A stretch of DNA of 28,701 nt from a virus (taxonomy: Duplodnaviria > Caudoviricetes): IMG/VR virus record IMGVR_UViG_3300037440_000936, positions 1 through 28,701 of that record. One strand, written 5' to 3'. Below are positions 1-9,093 of the stretch, in pieces (position 1 is the stretch's first letter; each line of letters opens with the position of its first letter). Below the pieces are notes generated by a model. That model was not told the origin of the DNA, did not search any database, and worked only from the letters and a program-made list of their open reading frames with translations. The position numbers and the translations under genes are program-made.

Positions 1-898
1 CGACGATGTCCACCAGCACCGGCGCAGGCCCCTTGACCAGCACGTCGTCATTGATCGGCGCCAGCTCATCCTCGGTGCCGGTGCCGTTGATCTTGGCATC
101 CACGGTGTCGATCAGCAGTTGAGTCGGCAGGCCGGCGGCGCCTTTGATCACCACGTCCACCGTCCCCTGCCCCCGAGGGTGCTGGTCGAGCACCTTCACC
201 GCCACCGTGCCCGGCACATCCAGCGCCCAAGCGGCGTAGGCGTGCTTGGTGCAGCCGTTGAGGCCCTGCCAGGCCAGGAAGTAGCGCTGCCGTAGCGCCT
301 CGTCATCCTCGGCGGCCGCCCCTTCGCTGGTCAGCCAGTCGGCGCGGTTCTCCACGCCGTCGACCCCGTCGATCACCGTAGCGATCTCGCAGATCTGCCC
401 GGCCGTGGCGTTTGCTCCCTGGCCGTAATCCTCGGCCTCGACGTCGGCGGCCACCTCCGGCGCCCCGTCCGGCAGCACCACGTCGGCGAGGGTCACGTAG
501 CGGTAGACTTTCCCCGCTGCGTCAGGCTTCGTCTTGACGATCCGCCCCTTCGGGATCAGCACGTTGCCGGCGCTGCCCGCCCGCAGAAAATGGACCTGGC
601 CCGTCGCCTTGGTCGCCGGCTTGCGGGTCACCCCGACCTGCTTGCAGTGCAGATCCAGCCACCCGCCCGTAGCCGTGTCCGGAAACGCCTGCGAGAGCAC
701 CACCGCCAGGAACTGATAGAGCAGATAGAGACCCCAAGCCCACAGCTCGATCAGGCCGCGCACGATCCCCTTATTTAAATTCAGGCGGATCGGCAGCCAG
801 CCCTTGGCGGCATATTCCTCCTGCTTCTCGGCCAGCCGGTCGAACAATTCCTGGCGGACCTGCTCCAGCGATTTAGAGACCAGTTCGAGGATCGACAT
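1..898 (-). CDS. Baseplate J / gp47-like wedge protein (3' end truncated by window edge; absent from ORF track)
   Basis: Manual translation from ATG at 898: MSILELVSKSLEQVRQ...FPDTATGGWLDLHCKQVGVTRKPATKATGQVHF...EGAAAEDDEALRQRY...HPRGQGTVDVVI; typical baseplate-J motifs; frame stays open to the window edge. Confidence 0.92.
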   Translation of the reverse strand, partial: MSILELVSKSLEQVRQELFDRLAEKQEEYAAKGWLPIRLNLNKGIVRGLIELWAWGLYLLYQFLAVVLSQAFPDTATGGWLDLHCKQVGVTRKPATKATGQVHFLRAGSAGNVLIPKGRIVKTKPDAAGKVYRYVTLADVVLPDGAPEVAADVEAEDYGQGANATAGQICEIATVIDGVDGVENRADWLTSEGAAAEDDEALRQRYFLAWQGLNGCTKHAYAAWALDVPGTVAVKVLDQHPRGQGTVDVVIKGAAGLPTQLLIDTVDAKINGTGTEDELAPINDDVLVKGPAPVLVDIV

Positions 899-1310
899 CC
901 TTGATCACCCTTTCCCCTTTGTCGGCATCGAGACCCACCACCAGGTTGTACGGGTGGTTCTCGCCGATGAATTGCCAGCTCACCCGAGCGGTCAGCCCTG
1001 TCTCGTCCCACGTCTGAATCCGGCAGGAGGCCGAACCAGGCACAACCCGGGGATCGGTCTGCACCCGCCGCTCCGCCTCCGCCTCAAAGGCGCTCCGGTT
1101 GGCCGACGTGTTCTCCTCCTTGATCCACTCATGGATCAACGAACCGAATCCCTGGTCGTAGAACAGCTCGCCCAGGGGCGTGAACAGCCGCAACCGGATA
1201 TCCTGCACGCCGGTCTCTGCACCCTCGGTCAACAACAGATCGCCGTTGGCCGCGACCATGACCTGCCCCGATGCGTCCAGCTTGATGTCCTGTCCGAAAA
1301 GATCGTCCAT
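873..1310 (-). CDS. Baseplate wedge protein (gpW/gp25/gp46-like)
   Basis: QDIRLRLFTPLGELFYDQGFGS and DPRV motifs; lies between the spike and J genes. Confidence 0.85.
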   Translation of the reverse strand: MDDLFGQDIKLDASGQVMVAANGDLLLTEGAETGVQDIRLRLFTPLGELFYDQGFGSLIHEWIKEENTSANRSAFEAEAERRVQTDPRVVPGSASCRIQTWDETGLTARVSWQFIGENHPYNLVVGLDADKGERVIKDVDPRTGL

Positions 1311-1312
1311 GA

Positions 1313-2056
1313 TCAGTGCGCATGATGGTTGGAGTTGCCGGCGCCATCCATGATGGAGCCGGTGGCGGCGATATTGCCGTTGACTTGCAGATTGCCGTTG
1401 AGGGTAAACCCGCCCGTCTGCTCGGTTGTGCAGTTCTTGATTTCGGTTCCCACCCCGCCGCCGGAACCGGCCGCCGACAGGTTGCCCACCAGGTTGATTT
1501 GGGGGGCCTGCACGGTCACCGCCGCCCCGGCGACGATCGAGGCCGAGCCGCCGACCGCGATCGACCAGGCGGCGCCCACCGTTTCGGCCTTGTTGCCGCC
1601 GATCCCGCTGATCCGATCGGCGGGCGTCTGGTGGACGATATGCCCCTCAGAGGTGATTTTGATGTACACCCCCGGCTGCTGCTGAATGATGAATGCCCCC
1701 AGTTCACACCCCGGGGCCTTGTTCCTGGCCCAGCGAAAATTCGAAATGCGGGGATAGTCCGGATCGCCGTCGTAATAGGTGATGTCGCACAGGGTGCCGG
1801 GCGTCGGCGGACAGACAACGCCGCGCTCGGGCCCTCCCCACAGGATCGGGATCTCGATCTTCGGCAGCACCGGCTCCCGGGGATCGTCGCTCTCGTCGTT
1901 GCGCACCGGCTGCACGTCCGCGAAGTAGCGGCCGTCCGAGGCGTAACTCTTCACGACCCGCCCCTTGCGCGGCACCCGGTAGTAATGCCGCAGGTTGGGC
2001 ATCACCAGCTCCACCACCCGCCGCAGCAACGCTTTCAAATCCTCAGAACCGGCCAT
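1313..2056 (-). CDS. Baseplate central spike (gpV/gp45-like)
   Basis: Start re-called at ATG 2056 (GGAG 6 nt upstream); OB-fold-like N-terminus, Gly/Val-rich beta-helix repeats, C-terminal HxH metal-binding tip (NHHAH). Confidence 0.88.
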   Translation of the reverse strand: MAGSEDLKALLRRVVELVMPNLRHYYRVPRKGRVVKSYASDGRYFADVQPVRNDESDDPREPVLPKIEIPILWGGPERGVVCPPTPGTLCDITYYDGDPDYPRISNFRWARNKAPGCELGAFIIQQQPGVYIKITSEGHIVHQTPADRISGIGGNKAETVGAAWSIAVGGSASIVAGAAVTVQAPQINLVGNLSAAGSGGGVGTEIKNCTTEQTGGFTLNGNLQVNGNIAATGSIMDGAGNSNHHAH

Positions 2057-2855
2057 GTTCATCTCCGTACCAGATGTGGGTCCGCGCCTTGTCCGGCTCC
2101 CCTTCGTGGCGCACCCGCAGGGCGCGATAGCTGCCGTCGACACCCCGCCGCACGTCCCGCAGCCGAAAGAGCCGCGAATGGCGCAGGTCCGGCAGCAGGA
2201 AACTCTCCACCCTGCTGAGCCCGGCAGAGGCGTCCGTCACCGGAGCGTGCCCGATCAGCCCGGCCCCGGTGGCGATCGCCGGCACGGCGCCGGGCTCGTC
2301 GAAATCCCCCCAGTGCACCGCGCCGTCCGCTCCCCGCCACAGGGCCCAGCGGCGCATGTCCAGATCAAAAGCCCCTTGACAGCTGTGCGCCGCCTGCCGG
2401 GCCACCTGCCAGACGGGGACATGCGAGGCCGCGAAACGGGGCAGGATCACGCCCGGACGGTCGATGCGGCCGACCGGCAACCCCGCCTGCCGTACAGACC
2501 AGGCGATGATCGCTTCCGGCGTCTCGTTCTCCCAGCTCTGCAGAATGCGGACCCGGGAAAGAAGCACGGCCCCGTCCACCGCCACAATCTCCACCTGGTC
2601 CCGGGTCCGGCCCGGGCAAATTCCGGTCACCGTGCCGCTCCAGGTCGCAGGCACCCGGCCGCGATAGCCCAGGCGTATCTCCAGGGCGGCGCCAAGCACC
2701 CCGCCGCGGAAGATCTCGCCGCCGGGATCGGGCAGGGTCACGCCGGCCCGCCCCAAGGGCGCATGCCGCTCCGAATCGATCCACCACCGGGGAGCACGCT
2801 GCACCTCCCGGCCGCCCAGGCGGATGCGGATGTTGATGCCGGCGATCTCCATCAT
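2043..2855 (-). CDS. Baseplate hub protein (gpD/gp44-like)
   Basis: IRLGY...WSGTV...VEIVAVDG motif and C-terminal YRALRVRH strand; directly upstream of the spike gene. Confidence 0.75.
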   Translation of the reverse strand: MMEIAGINIRIRLGGREVQRAPRWWIDSERHAPLGRAGVTLPDPGGEIFRGGVLGAALEIRLGYRGRVPATWSGTVTGICPGRTRDQVEIVAVDGAVLLSRVRILQSWENETPEAIIAWSVRQAGLPVGRIDRPGVILPRFAASHVPVWQVARQAAHSCQGAFDLDMRRWALWRGADGAVHWGDFDEPGAVPAIATGAGLIGHAPVTDASAGLSRVESFLLPDLRHSRLFRLRDVRRGVDGSYRALRVRHEGEPDKARTHIWYGDEHGRF

Positions 2856-3418
2856 CCCACCCCCGCCGTGTATCCGGCCGCAAACGGACTGTCATCGTCG
2901 GCGAGGATCTTCGGATCCGCCGCCGGCTCCGTCGCAGCCACCGCCGGCGCCGTACCGGTCTCGGCGTGACCTCCGGCCGAAACCCGCGTTTCGGTCTCGG
3001 TGATCACCGGCCGATGTTCCACAAAATTGAGCGTCGCCCGGATGACATCACTCTGATCATCCTCCTCCGAGTCCAGGCCCGCGAACACAACCTGGCCGAT
3101 CCTCCGCGACCGCAGGTGCCGGCCGGTCACGGTGTAAACTCGAGGATTGGCGCCGTTGTCCGCGCCCTTGAAGATCCGGTTAACGGCGGTCAGTTTGTCA
3201 TAACAGTCGGAAATCGCGTCGGTGAGCAGAACGACGGTCAGGGTGATCCCGGCATCCTCCCAGCCCATGGGGATCTTCGCCTTGCCGGACATTCCGTCCT
3301 GCTCGGCCTGGTCGAAACGGACCACGCCGTTGATCGTCTGCGAGACCAGCACTCCAGGGAGGATCTCCGCGCCCAGGCGCACCTCGCCGTCATCAAACAC
3401 CAGGCGCCCGTCAGGCAT
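2852..3418 (-). CDS. Tail tube initiator / baseplate protein (gpU-like position)
   Basis: Immediately follows the tape measure gene; tube-like beta pattern ending ATLNFVEH; assigned mainly by position. Confidence 0.55.
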   Translation of the reverse strand: MPDGRLVFDDGEVRLGAEILPGVLVSQTINGVVRFDQAEQDGMSGKAKIPMGWEDAGITLTVVLLTDAISDCYDKLTAVNRIFKGADNGANPRVYTVTGRHLRSRRIGQVVFAGLDSEEDDQSDVIRATLNFVEHRPVITETETRVSAGGHAETGTAPAVAATEPAADPKILADDDSPFAAGYTAGVG

Positions 3419-5690
3419 CGTACCCCCCCACCAGGGCCTGCAGCTGCCGGACGAACGACTCGGCGTCCACGACGCCCGGCAACTGTACGGTCAGGTTCTG
3501 GATCGTTATCGATTTTCCGTCGCGACCCGCTTCGCCAACAGCCGACCGGCCAGCCGTGGTCTGGGCCGGGACCGGCGTCTCGCCGGCGGCCACGGGCGAC
3601 ACGGCCAGGGTAGTCGCCAAGGCCGCACCGGCCAGGGCGTTTTTCAGGGTTGCATGCAGTCCGGGCGCCGCCGTCTGCACCCCGGCCCCCAGGGTCTCCA
3701 TGATTCGGGCGCCGGAGAGGGTCAGGCTCGAAAGCGGCCCCTCCTTGGCATCCGAGAAGGGCAAAAGGTTACGGACTTTGCTGAAAACGCCCGTGACCGA
3801 ATCGACCACCTCCATGGTCCTGGACTTGATCCCCTCGACCAGGGTACCGAGGATTTTCGCGCCCGACTCATAGAGGTTGATGCCTGAGAGAAAATCCCGG
3901 GCGGTGGTAAAGGCCCGTATCAACCAGCCCACCGGTGTCAGGTTGAAGAACGCCCACTTGAGGGTATCGACGATTTTGGCCCCGGCTTGGCGCCAGTCGA
4001 GCCCGGCCAGGTAACCTTCGGCCTTCCCGAAGGCCTGGATCAGCCAGCCCACCGGCGTCAGGTTGAGAAAGACCCACTTGATGACCTTGCCCGCGAGCAA
4101 CGCCGGCTGCACCAACCCTCGGAAAAGCGGCGCCAGCTTGCTCAGCACCGGCTGCAAGGCCAGCCAGATCCCCTTTCCCACGCGCACCACCGCGCCCAGG
4201 AAGTATCCCAGCACATACAGCACGATTTTGACGACATTCCGCACCCCTTCGAACCGCTTGTACAGCCAGACCAGGGCCGCGATCAGGGCGACCACTCCGA
4301 GCACGATCCAAGTGATCGGATTGGCGAGCAATGCCGCGGTGAACCCCCAGACAGCGGGGATCACCGTGACCAGCCCCGTCTTGAGAAATGCGGCGGCCTT
4401 GACCATATTCCCCAGGCCGGCCGATACCGCCGGCGTCATCAATCCCACCACGCCCAGGGCCATCGCCAGGCCGCCCAGGGTGAAGGCCAGGGTCGCCAGC
4501 ACCGCCGATCCCACCACCGCCACCCGGGTAAGGGTGTCGTGCCGTTCGGCGAACTCGGCAACCGCCATGATCACCCGGCCAATGCCGGAAAACAGGGGTG
4601 CTAGAACTGGAATCATCTGCTTACCGATGACCTCGACCAGGTTGTGCCACTGCTGGCCAAAAAGGCCCAACCCGGCGCCGATGTCCTGATTCATGGCGGC
4701 CGCCATCTGCTCGGTGACCGCCGTGCCGTTGCGCATAGCGGCCCCAAGGCTTTGAATGTTGCCGGTCAGGTCCCCGACCTTGCTATAAAGCTGGGCGATA
4801 GTCTTATATGATTCATCAGCAAATGCGTTCTTTAAGACGTCACCTTCGACCCCGGTCAGATCTCCGAATTTGCCTTGAAGTGTCGTCAGAATCTCGGGGA
4901 GGCTCTTCAGGTTGTTGTTGGCGTCGTAAAAATTCATGCCCAACTTCTTTCCAGCTTGCCCGATATCCCGAATGACGGCCTTGTATGCCGTACCGGCCTC
5001 GCTCCCGGACATGGTCGCTTGCAACATGCCGAGGACAGCCAGCTGCTCTTCCATCGGCCTCTTCGCAACGGTGGCCGCCGAGCCCAGGGAGGAGATCGCC
5101 TGGGCCATGCCGCTGCCGGTAGTCTTGAAACTCTTGACGCTTCCCGCGATCCCAGCCGAGAATACCTCGCCGAACCCTAGGTCGGAGAGATCGCCGTACA
5201 TGTCCTTGTAGATGCCGTAGCCGGTGGCGAAGAGGCTGGTCATCTCCGCCGTGCTGCTCTTGGTCGCCTTGCCGGTCAGCGCCGCCAGGCGGGTGAAATC
5301 GGCCACCCCGGCATCGGTCAGAGACGAAATACCGCTCTTGATGTCATAGGCCGCGGCGATGAATTCGCTTTTGGCGGTGCCGGCCCATTGGTTTGAAAAC
5401 CGCACGGCGGCCGTCTCCAACGCCGCCATGTCCTTCACCCCGACCGAGGCCAACTCGCCCAGCGCCTTTTGCGTATCGACCGTGGCCATGGCCGTGCCGG
5501 TGAGCACGTGGAGCATCAGGGCGCCGGCCGTGGCCACCCGCAAGCCGTAGGTCTTGAATTTGTCGAAAGCCGGTCCCAGGGAACCGGCCTTCGCCTTGAG
5601 CGCGTCCAGGTTCCGGCCGATCAGTCCGGAGGGTCCGGAAACATGGTCGACCACGCTGAGCAGAATTCCCAGTTTGAAAATGCTCTCCAT
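3411..5690 (-). CDS. Tail tape measure protein (TP901-type core)
   Basis: 759 aa, Ala/Gly-rich and helical; AAYDIKSG, GSEAGTAYKA and LLANPITWIVLGVVALIAALVWLYK motifs; position after the tail chaperone. Confidence 0.95.
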   Translation of the reverse strand: MESIFKLGILLSVVDHVSGPSGLIGRNLDALKAKAGSLGPAFDKFKTYGLRVATAGALMLHVLTGTAMATVDTQKALGELASVGVKDMAALETAAVRFSNQWAGTAKSEFIAAAYDIKSGISSLTDAGVADFTRLAALTGKATKSSTAEMTSLFATGYGIYKDMYGDLSDLGFGEVFSAGIAGSVKSFKTTGSGMAQAISSLGSAATVAKRPMEEQLAVLGMLQATMSGSEAGTAYKAVIRDIGQAGKKLGMNFYDANNNLKSLPEILTTLQGKFGDLTGVEGDVLKNAFADESYKTIAQLYSKVGDLTGNIQSLGAAMRNGTAVTEQMAAAMNQDIGAGLGLFGQQWHNLVEVIGKQMIPVLAPLFSGIGRVIMAVAEFAERHDTLTRVAVVGSAVLATLAFTLGGLAMALGVVGLMTPAVSAGLGNMVKAAAFLKTGLVTVIPAVWGFTAALLANPITWIVLGVVALIAALVWLYKRFEGVRNVVKIVLYVLGYFLGAVVRVGKGIWLALQPVLSKLAPLFRGLVQPALLAGKVIKWVFLNLTPVGWLIQAFGKAEGYLAGLDWRQAGAKIVDTLKWAFFNLTPVGWLIRAFTTARDFLSGINLYESGAKILGTLVEGIKSRTMEVVDSVTGVFSKVRNLLPFSDAKEGPLSSLTLSGARIMETLGAGVQTAAPGLHATLKNALAGAALATTLAVSPVAAGETPVPAQTTAGRSAVGEAGRDGKSITIQNLTVQLPGVVDAESFVRQLQALVGGYDA
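3921..4081 (-). repeat. Internal 120-nt-period (40-aa) repeat in the tape measure gene
   Basis: KWVFLNLTPVGWLIQAF versus KWAFFNLTPVGWLIRAF; DNA copies begin at 3921 and 4041. Confidence 0.85.
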
Positions 5691-5702
5691 ATCGGCTATC
5701 CT
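5674..5702 (+). promoter_or_regulatory. Sigma70-type promoter antisense to the late operon
   Basis: TTGAAA (5674-5679), 17-nt spacer, TATCCT (5697-5702); predicted +1 falls at about the ATG at 5709. Confidence 0.65.
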
Positions 5703-5708
5703 TGCTGT

Positions 5709-5831
5709 ATGAAAATCTTGGAAGGAGTCATCGGTTTCGTTCTCGCCCTGGGGCTCTTCGGCCTCTTTTATGCCTTCTCCTGCGGGCTGTGGAACCTCTT
5801 CGATCGGCTTACCGGCCGGCGAAAGCCTTAA
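5709..5831 (+). CDS. 40-aa single-pass membrane protein (antisense moron; candidate superinfection exclusion)
   Basis: MKILEGVIGFVLALGLFGLFYAFSCGLWNLFDRLTGRRKP; hydrophobic helix plus basic tail; fills the gap between the frameshifted chaperone and the tape measure gene. Confidence 0.7.
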   Translation: MKILEGVIGFVLALGLFGLFYAFSCGLWNLFDRLTGRRKP

Positions 5832-6009
5832 TCGTGCCCGCCTTCATCACCTCGATCTGCCGCTCCTCGATCCACAGCGCCTCCACGTACTGTTCGATCA
5901 GCCCATCGAGATCCTCCGCCGGCTCCGCCCGCAGGTAGTGCCTCACCAGAGCGGAAACCTGGCGGAGAAAATTGCCCTCGAAGGCCTCGCGGGCCGCTAC
6001 AACTTTTTT
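5809..6009 (-). CDS. -1 frameshift extension of the tail assembly chaperone (gpGT-like C-terminal part)
   Basis: Slippery A AAA AAG at 6009-6003; -1 frame open to TAA at 5811-5809, reading VVAAREAFEGNFLRQVSALVRHYLRAEPAEDLDGLIEQYVEALWIEERQIEVMKAGTIKAFAGR. Confidence 0.8.
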   Translation of the reverse strand, partial: KKVVAAREAFEGNFLRQVSALVRHYLRAEPAEDLDGLIEQYVEALWIEERQIEVMKAGTIKAFAGR

Positions 6010-6308
6010 ACGCCGAACTCCTCGTTGAGGCCGATCGCCGTCTGCAGGGCGTTGTTGAGCGCCACCATGCGGCCGGGCATCGCCTCGAATTCCGCCTTCA
6101 GCTCCTCGGCGGACGGGACGAGCGCCTTCTCCATCACCAGGTTCTGGGCGGCCATGGCCAGCTTGCCCTTGGCCGCGCTTGCCAGGAACCGTTCCATGTC
6201 CTTCTTCCCCGGCTTCTCGAAATAGTAGATTTTCTCCTCGCCGGACAACTCCAGAATCTCCTTGCCGGCTTCCTTCGCCTCGATCACCACCTTCGGCAGC
6301 TTCTCCAT
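5997..6308 (-). CDS. Tail assembly chaperone (gpG-like)
   Basis: 103 aa between the tube and tape measure genes; strong RBS (AGGAGG); ends at a slippery site. Confidence 0.85.
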   Translation of the reverse strand: MEKLPKVVIEAKEAGKEILELSGEEKIYYFEKPGKKDMERFLASAAKGKLAMAAQNLVMEKALVPSAEELKAEFEAMPGRMVALNNALQTAIGLNEEFGVKKL

Positions 6309-6320
6309 TTTTAAACCTCC

Positions 6321-6360
6321 TGTCCGTGTTCGTCCGTGAATGTTTGTGTCAGTCTGTGTG
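6321..6360. repeat. Four degenerate 10-nt tandem repeats (nGTYYGTGnn)
   Basis: tgtccgtgtt cgtccgtgaa tgtttgtgtc agtctgtgtg, filling the tube-chaperone spacer. Confidence 0.75.
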
Positions 6361-6368
6361 CCCCTGCT

Positions 6369-6797
6369 TTACAGAGCGGGCGTCCCGCCCCACTTGATGG
6401 GACTGAGGATCTCGAAATCCAGCTTGCGCACGCCCACGTTCTCGTCCCCCTGCTTTGCGCCCGAGTCCTTCTTGGTGATCTTGCAGTCGGGCAGGGTGTC
6501 GGTCACCCGGGGCATATCGTCGTTGGCGTAGCTGACCACGATATTGAAGGGCGCCCCGACGTAGACGGAGCCGCCCAGGGCTTTGCGCAGCCGCTCGGCT
6601 TCGTCGAGATCGAGCTCCATCGAGCCCGAGGCCTTGTAGTTTTTGCGGCCGAAGCCGCGGGGAACGCTGCCCTTGCCGTAGCGCGCCTCCACCGGGCGCT
6701 CGTCGTTGTAGCTGATGTCGGCCACGCCGATCGCCGTGCCGTTGGGGAGCTGGATCTCCACCGACTCCCAGTCATACAGATTGCCGTTGATGGGCAT
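6369..6797 (-). CDS. Tail tube protein
   Basis: INGNLYDWESVEI...YGKGSVPRGFGRKNYKASGSMEL...VVSYA motifs; directly after the sheath gene. Confidence 0.88.
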   Translation of the reverse strand: MPINGNLYDWESVEIQLPNGTAIGVADISYNDERPVEARYGKGSVPRGFGRKNYKASGSMELDLDEAERLRKALGGSVYVGAPFNIVVSYANDDMPRVTDTLPDCKITKKDSGAKQGDENVGVRKLDFEILSPIKWGGTPAL

Positions 6798-6819
6798 GGT
6801 TCTTCTCCTCTGTGATTAA

Positions 6820-8229
6820 TTAATTCAGCCGCGGATCGAAGCTGCCACCGGCGTAGACATAGCTGGCGAACAGCTTGATGGTGCGGATGATCGGGATGCC
6901 GATCAGGGTCATCTCCACCGCCACCCCGTTGTTGACGATGTCCTGCCCGGGCGGGATGGTCACCACGTGGCCCGCCAGTTCCCTGGGGACCGCCGAGACC
7001 AGGGTGTTCAGGGCCGTCTCCAGGCTGGTTTTGAGATATTCCAGACCCACGGCGCCACCTTCTAGGACCGGGTCCCCGGCTTCGTCGTACATGCTCTTGA
7101 GCGCCGCGATCCTGCTCTTCCTCACCGCCTTGAATACCGTCCGCAGCACGGTCAGGTACTGGTAATCGCTGGTCACGTCCGCCAGGGTGCGCTCGTCCCC
7201 CCAGTAGGTGCCCGACAGCCCGGCGTAGCGGCGGGCGGTCACGTAGCCGGCCGTCTCCAACTGGCTCTGGTGCGCCTCGGTGTAGAGGTCGGGCATGGAT
7301 AGCTGGGAAACGGCGCCGTCCCGCACCCGGCCCGGTGCCCGCATCACCGGTATGCTCAACAGCCGCCCGGCCAACAGCCCGGCGGCGTTGCGAGTCAATC
7401 TCTTGCCGGTGGCGTCCGATATTTCACCGAAGGCAACGCAGACCGCCACGAAGCGGTGGGCGTAACCGGCTCCCTCGACCATCATCGCCGCCGTCCAGTC
7501 GTCCAGATCCTCGCCGGCTGCGGGCAACCGCGTCTCGGCGAGAAAGAAGGTCGGCCGGTGGGCGTTCCACAGCTCGTCCGCCTTGGCGCCCATGGCCGCC
7601 CAGTCCGTCGAATCGGAAGGACCGGCCACGTAGACGAACTCGACGTCATAGAGGGAAAGTGGTTGCTCCAGGGCCTCCATCACCGCCGAGATGCTCGGGG
7701 CGGGCGCAATGACCGTAAAGGCGTAGAGGTCGCCGGCCACCGCGTCGGAGATATCCGGGAAGGTGATGGTCACCCCGGTCGTGCCGACCGCGATCGCGCC
7801 GTCCACGGGAATGGTGCGCTCCGGTCCCCAGCTGTCCCCTCCGTCCAGGCTCAACTGGTAGGTGCCCACGTTGCGGGCGCCCGCAATCAGGATCTTCATC
7901 AGCACCTCGGCATCGGCCTTGGGCGTTCCCGAGGTGGCGATGTCCGGCCCGGTGCCGGTCTTGACCACCGCCGTCACGCTGCCGCCCTGGCCCGTCGCCG
8001 GCACGGCGATCACCACCGGGCCCTGCCCGCCGGCGGCGAACGCATCCCGCAGCCGGTCGACCAGGGGGCCGACGCCGAGCAAAGACTCCAGGTCGGAGGA
8101 TTTCCCCAGCAGGTAGGCCTTGCCCACCTCGCCCAGGGAGCAGACCCCGACCACGATGCAGGCTCCCTCCACCCCGCCCGGGGCGAGGCCGCTGGTGCCG
8201 TCGACCAAAAACTCAAATACATCCTTCAT
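6820..8229 (-). CDS. Contractile tail sheath protein (DUF2586-like)
   Basis: 469 aa; LLGVGPLVD, GRVRDG, GYVTARRYAGLSGTYW, SDYQYL..LRTVFKAVR and IPPGQDI motifs; precedes the tube gene. Confidence 0.88.
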   Translation of the reverse strand: MKDVFEFLVDGTSGLAPGGVEGACIVVGVCSLGEVGKAYLLGKSSDLESLLGVGPLVDRLRDAFAAGGQGPVVIAVPATGQGGSVTAVVKTGTGPDIATSGTPKADAEVLMKILIAGARNVGTYQLSLDGGDSWGPERTIPVDGAIAVGTTGVTITFPDISDAVAGDLYAFTVIAPAPSISAVMEALEQPLSLYDVEFVYVAGPSDSTDWAAMGAKADELWNAHRPTFFLAETRLPAAGEDLDDWTAAMMVEGAGYAHRFVAVCVAFGEISDATGKRLTRNAAGLLAGRLLSIPVMRAPGRVRDGAVSQLSMPDLYTEAHQSQLETAGYVTARRYAGLSGTYWGDERTLADVTSDYQYLTVLRTVFKAVRKSRIAALKSMYDEAGDPVLEGGAVGLEYLKTSLETALNTLVSAVPRELAGHVVTIPPGQDIVNNGVAVEMTLIGIPIIRTIKLFASYVYAGGSFDPRLN

Positions 8230-8247
8230 GGCTGTTGTCTCCTCTGG

Positions 8248-8484
8248 TTAGATCTTGCCGCCGCCCTGGGGCCGCCGCTCGAATCGTTTGACCGCCCCGT
8301 CGAACTCGGCGACGGTCACCTGCTTGCCCGGCGCCCAACCCGCGGCCCACCGCAGTCCGGCCAGATACCAGGGCTGATAGCCTCGCTCGGTCGCCAGCTC
8401 CTCCACGGGCCGCAAGCCCTCCTTGCCGGTGGGGGAAGGGGCGACCATCGACGTGCCTGCCTCTTTCTTGCCTTTTTCCGTCAT
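8248..8484 (-). CDS. Small hypothetical virion-region protein (Mu gp38-like position)
   Basis: Good RBS (AAGGAG); GWAPGKQVTVAEFDGAV motif; lies just before the sheath gene. Confidence 0.7.
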   Translation of the reverse strand: MTEKGKKEAGTSMVAPSPTGKEGLRPVEELATERGYQPWYLAGLRWAAGWAPGKQVTVAEFDGAVKRFERRPQGGGKI

Positions 8485-8502
8485 GACGAACTCCTTTCGT
8501 GA

Positions 8503-9093
8503 TTATTGAATAAGCGGAGTGATCTCCGCGTCCTGGATGATCGGTACCACCTCGGTGGTGTGGATGCCGCCAGTGAACTGCACCCGTACAATCGCCAGAT
8601 GCGGCCGGCGCCTTTTGCGGTCGTTCTCGGCCTCGCTGTTCCAAGGACGCGCCGCATCGTGCAGCTCGATGCGGACGGCGTTGTTGCCTGAGTCGGCGAA
8701 CACGCGGGTAGCGGCGATCGCCTGCTCGAACTGGTCGACCAGACCCGTGTAGCCGGACGGCCCCCACAGCTCCTCTAACCCCTCCGCGTACAGGAAGCAG
8801 CGAAAGAGGACCTCGCGGCGGTAGCGGCGGCGGATGAAGGTATAGGCGGTCGCCGACCCGTTGCGTGTCCGGGCGATCCGCCGGCCCTCCGGCTTCTTGC
8901 GATCCTGCAACGGCAGGCACTGTGCGGCGTAGGCGTTATCCTTCAGGTAGTCCCGGGGCAGCTCGCTGAAGAAGAGGGTGCCCAGGTCGCCGGGTACATC
9001 CGGATCCGCCGGGCGGAAGGGGTGCGTCGCGCCGTCGGCCAGGACCAGCCCCTGGAGGATTTCGCTCAAAAATGTCTTGACTGCCTCGATCAT
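8503..9093 (-). CDS. Probable tail terminator / neck protein
   Basis: 196 aa, ATGA-coupled to the upstream gene; ends in the beta strand VRVQFTGGI; assigned by position. Confidence 0.55.
   Translation of the reverse strand: MIEAVKTFLSEILQGLVLADGATHPFRPADPDVPGDLGTLFFSELPRDYLKDNAYAAQCLPLQDRKKPEGRRIARTRNGSATAYTFIRRRYRREVLFRCFLYAEGLEELWGPSGYTGLVDQFEQAIAATRVFADSGNNAVRIELHDAARPWNSEAENDRKRRRPHLAIVRVQFTGGIHTTEVVPIIQDAEITPLIQ

Noticed and set aside
3921-4081. Repeat in the tape measure gene as a possible DGR template/variable repeat pair
   Set aside because: It is an in-frame 40-aa structural repeat normal for tape measure proteins; the differences are not adenine-specific and no reverse transcriptase is present
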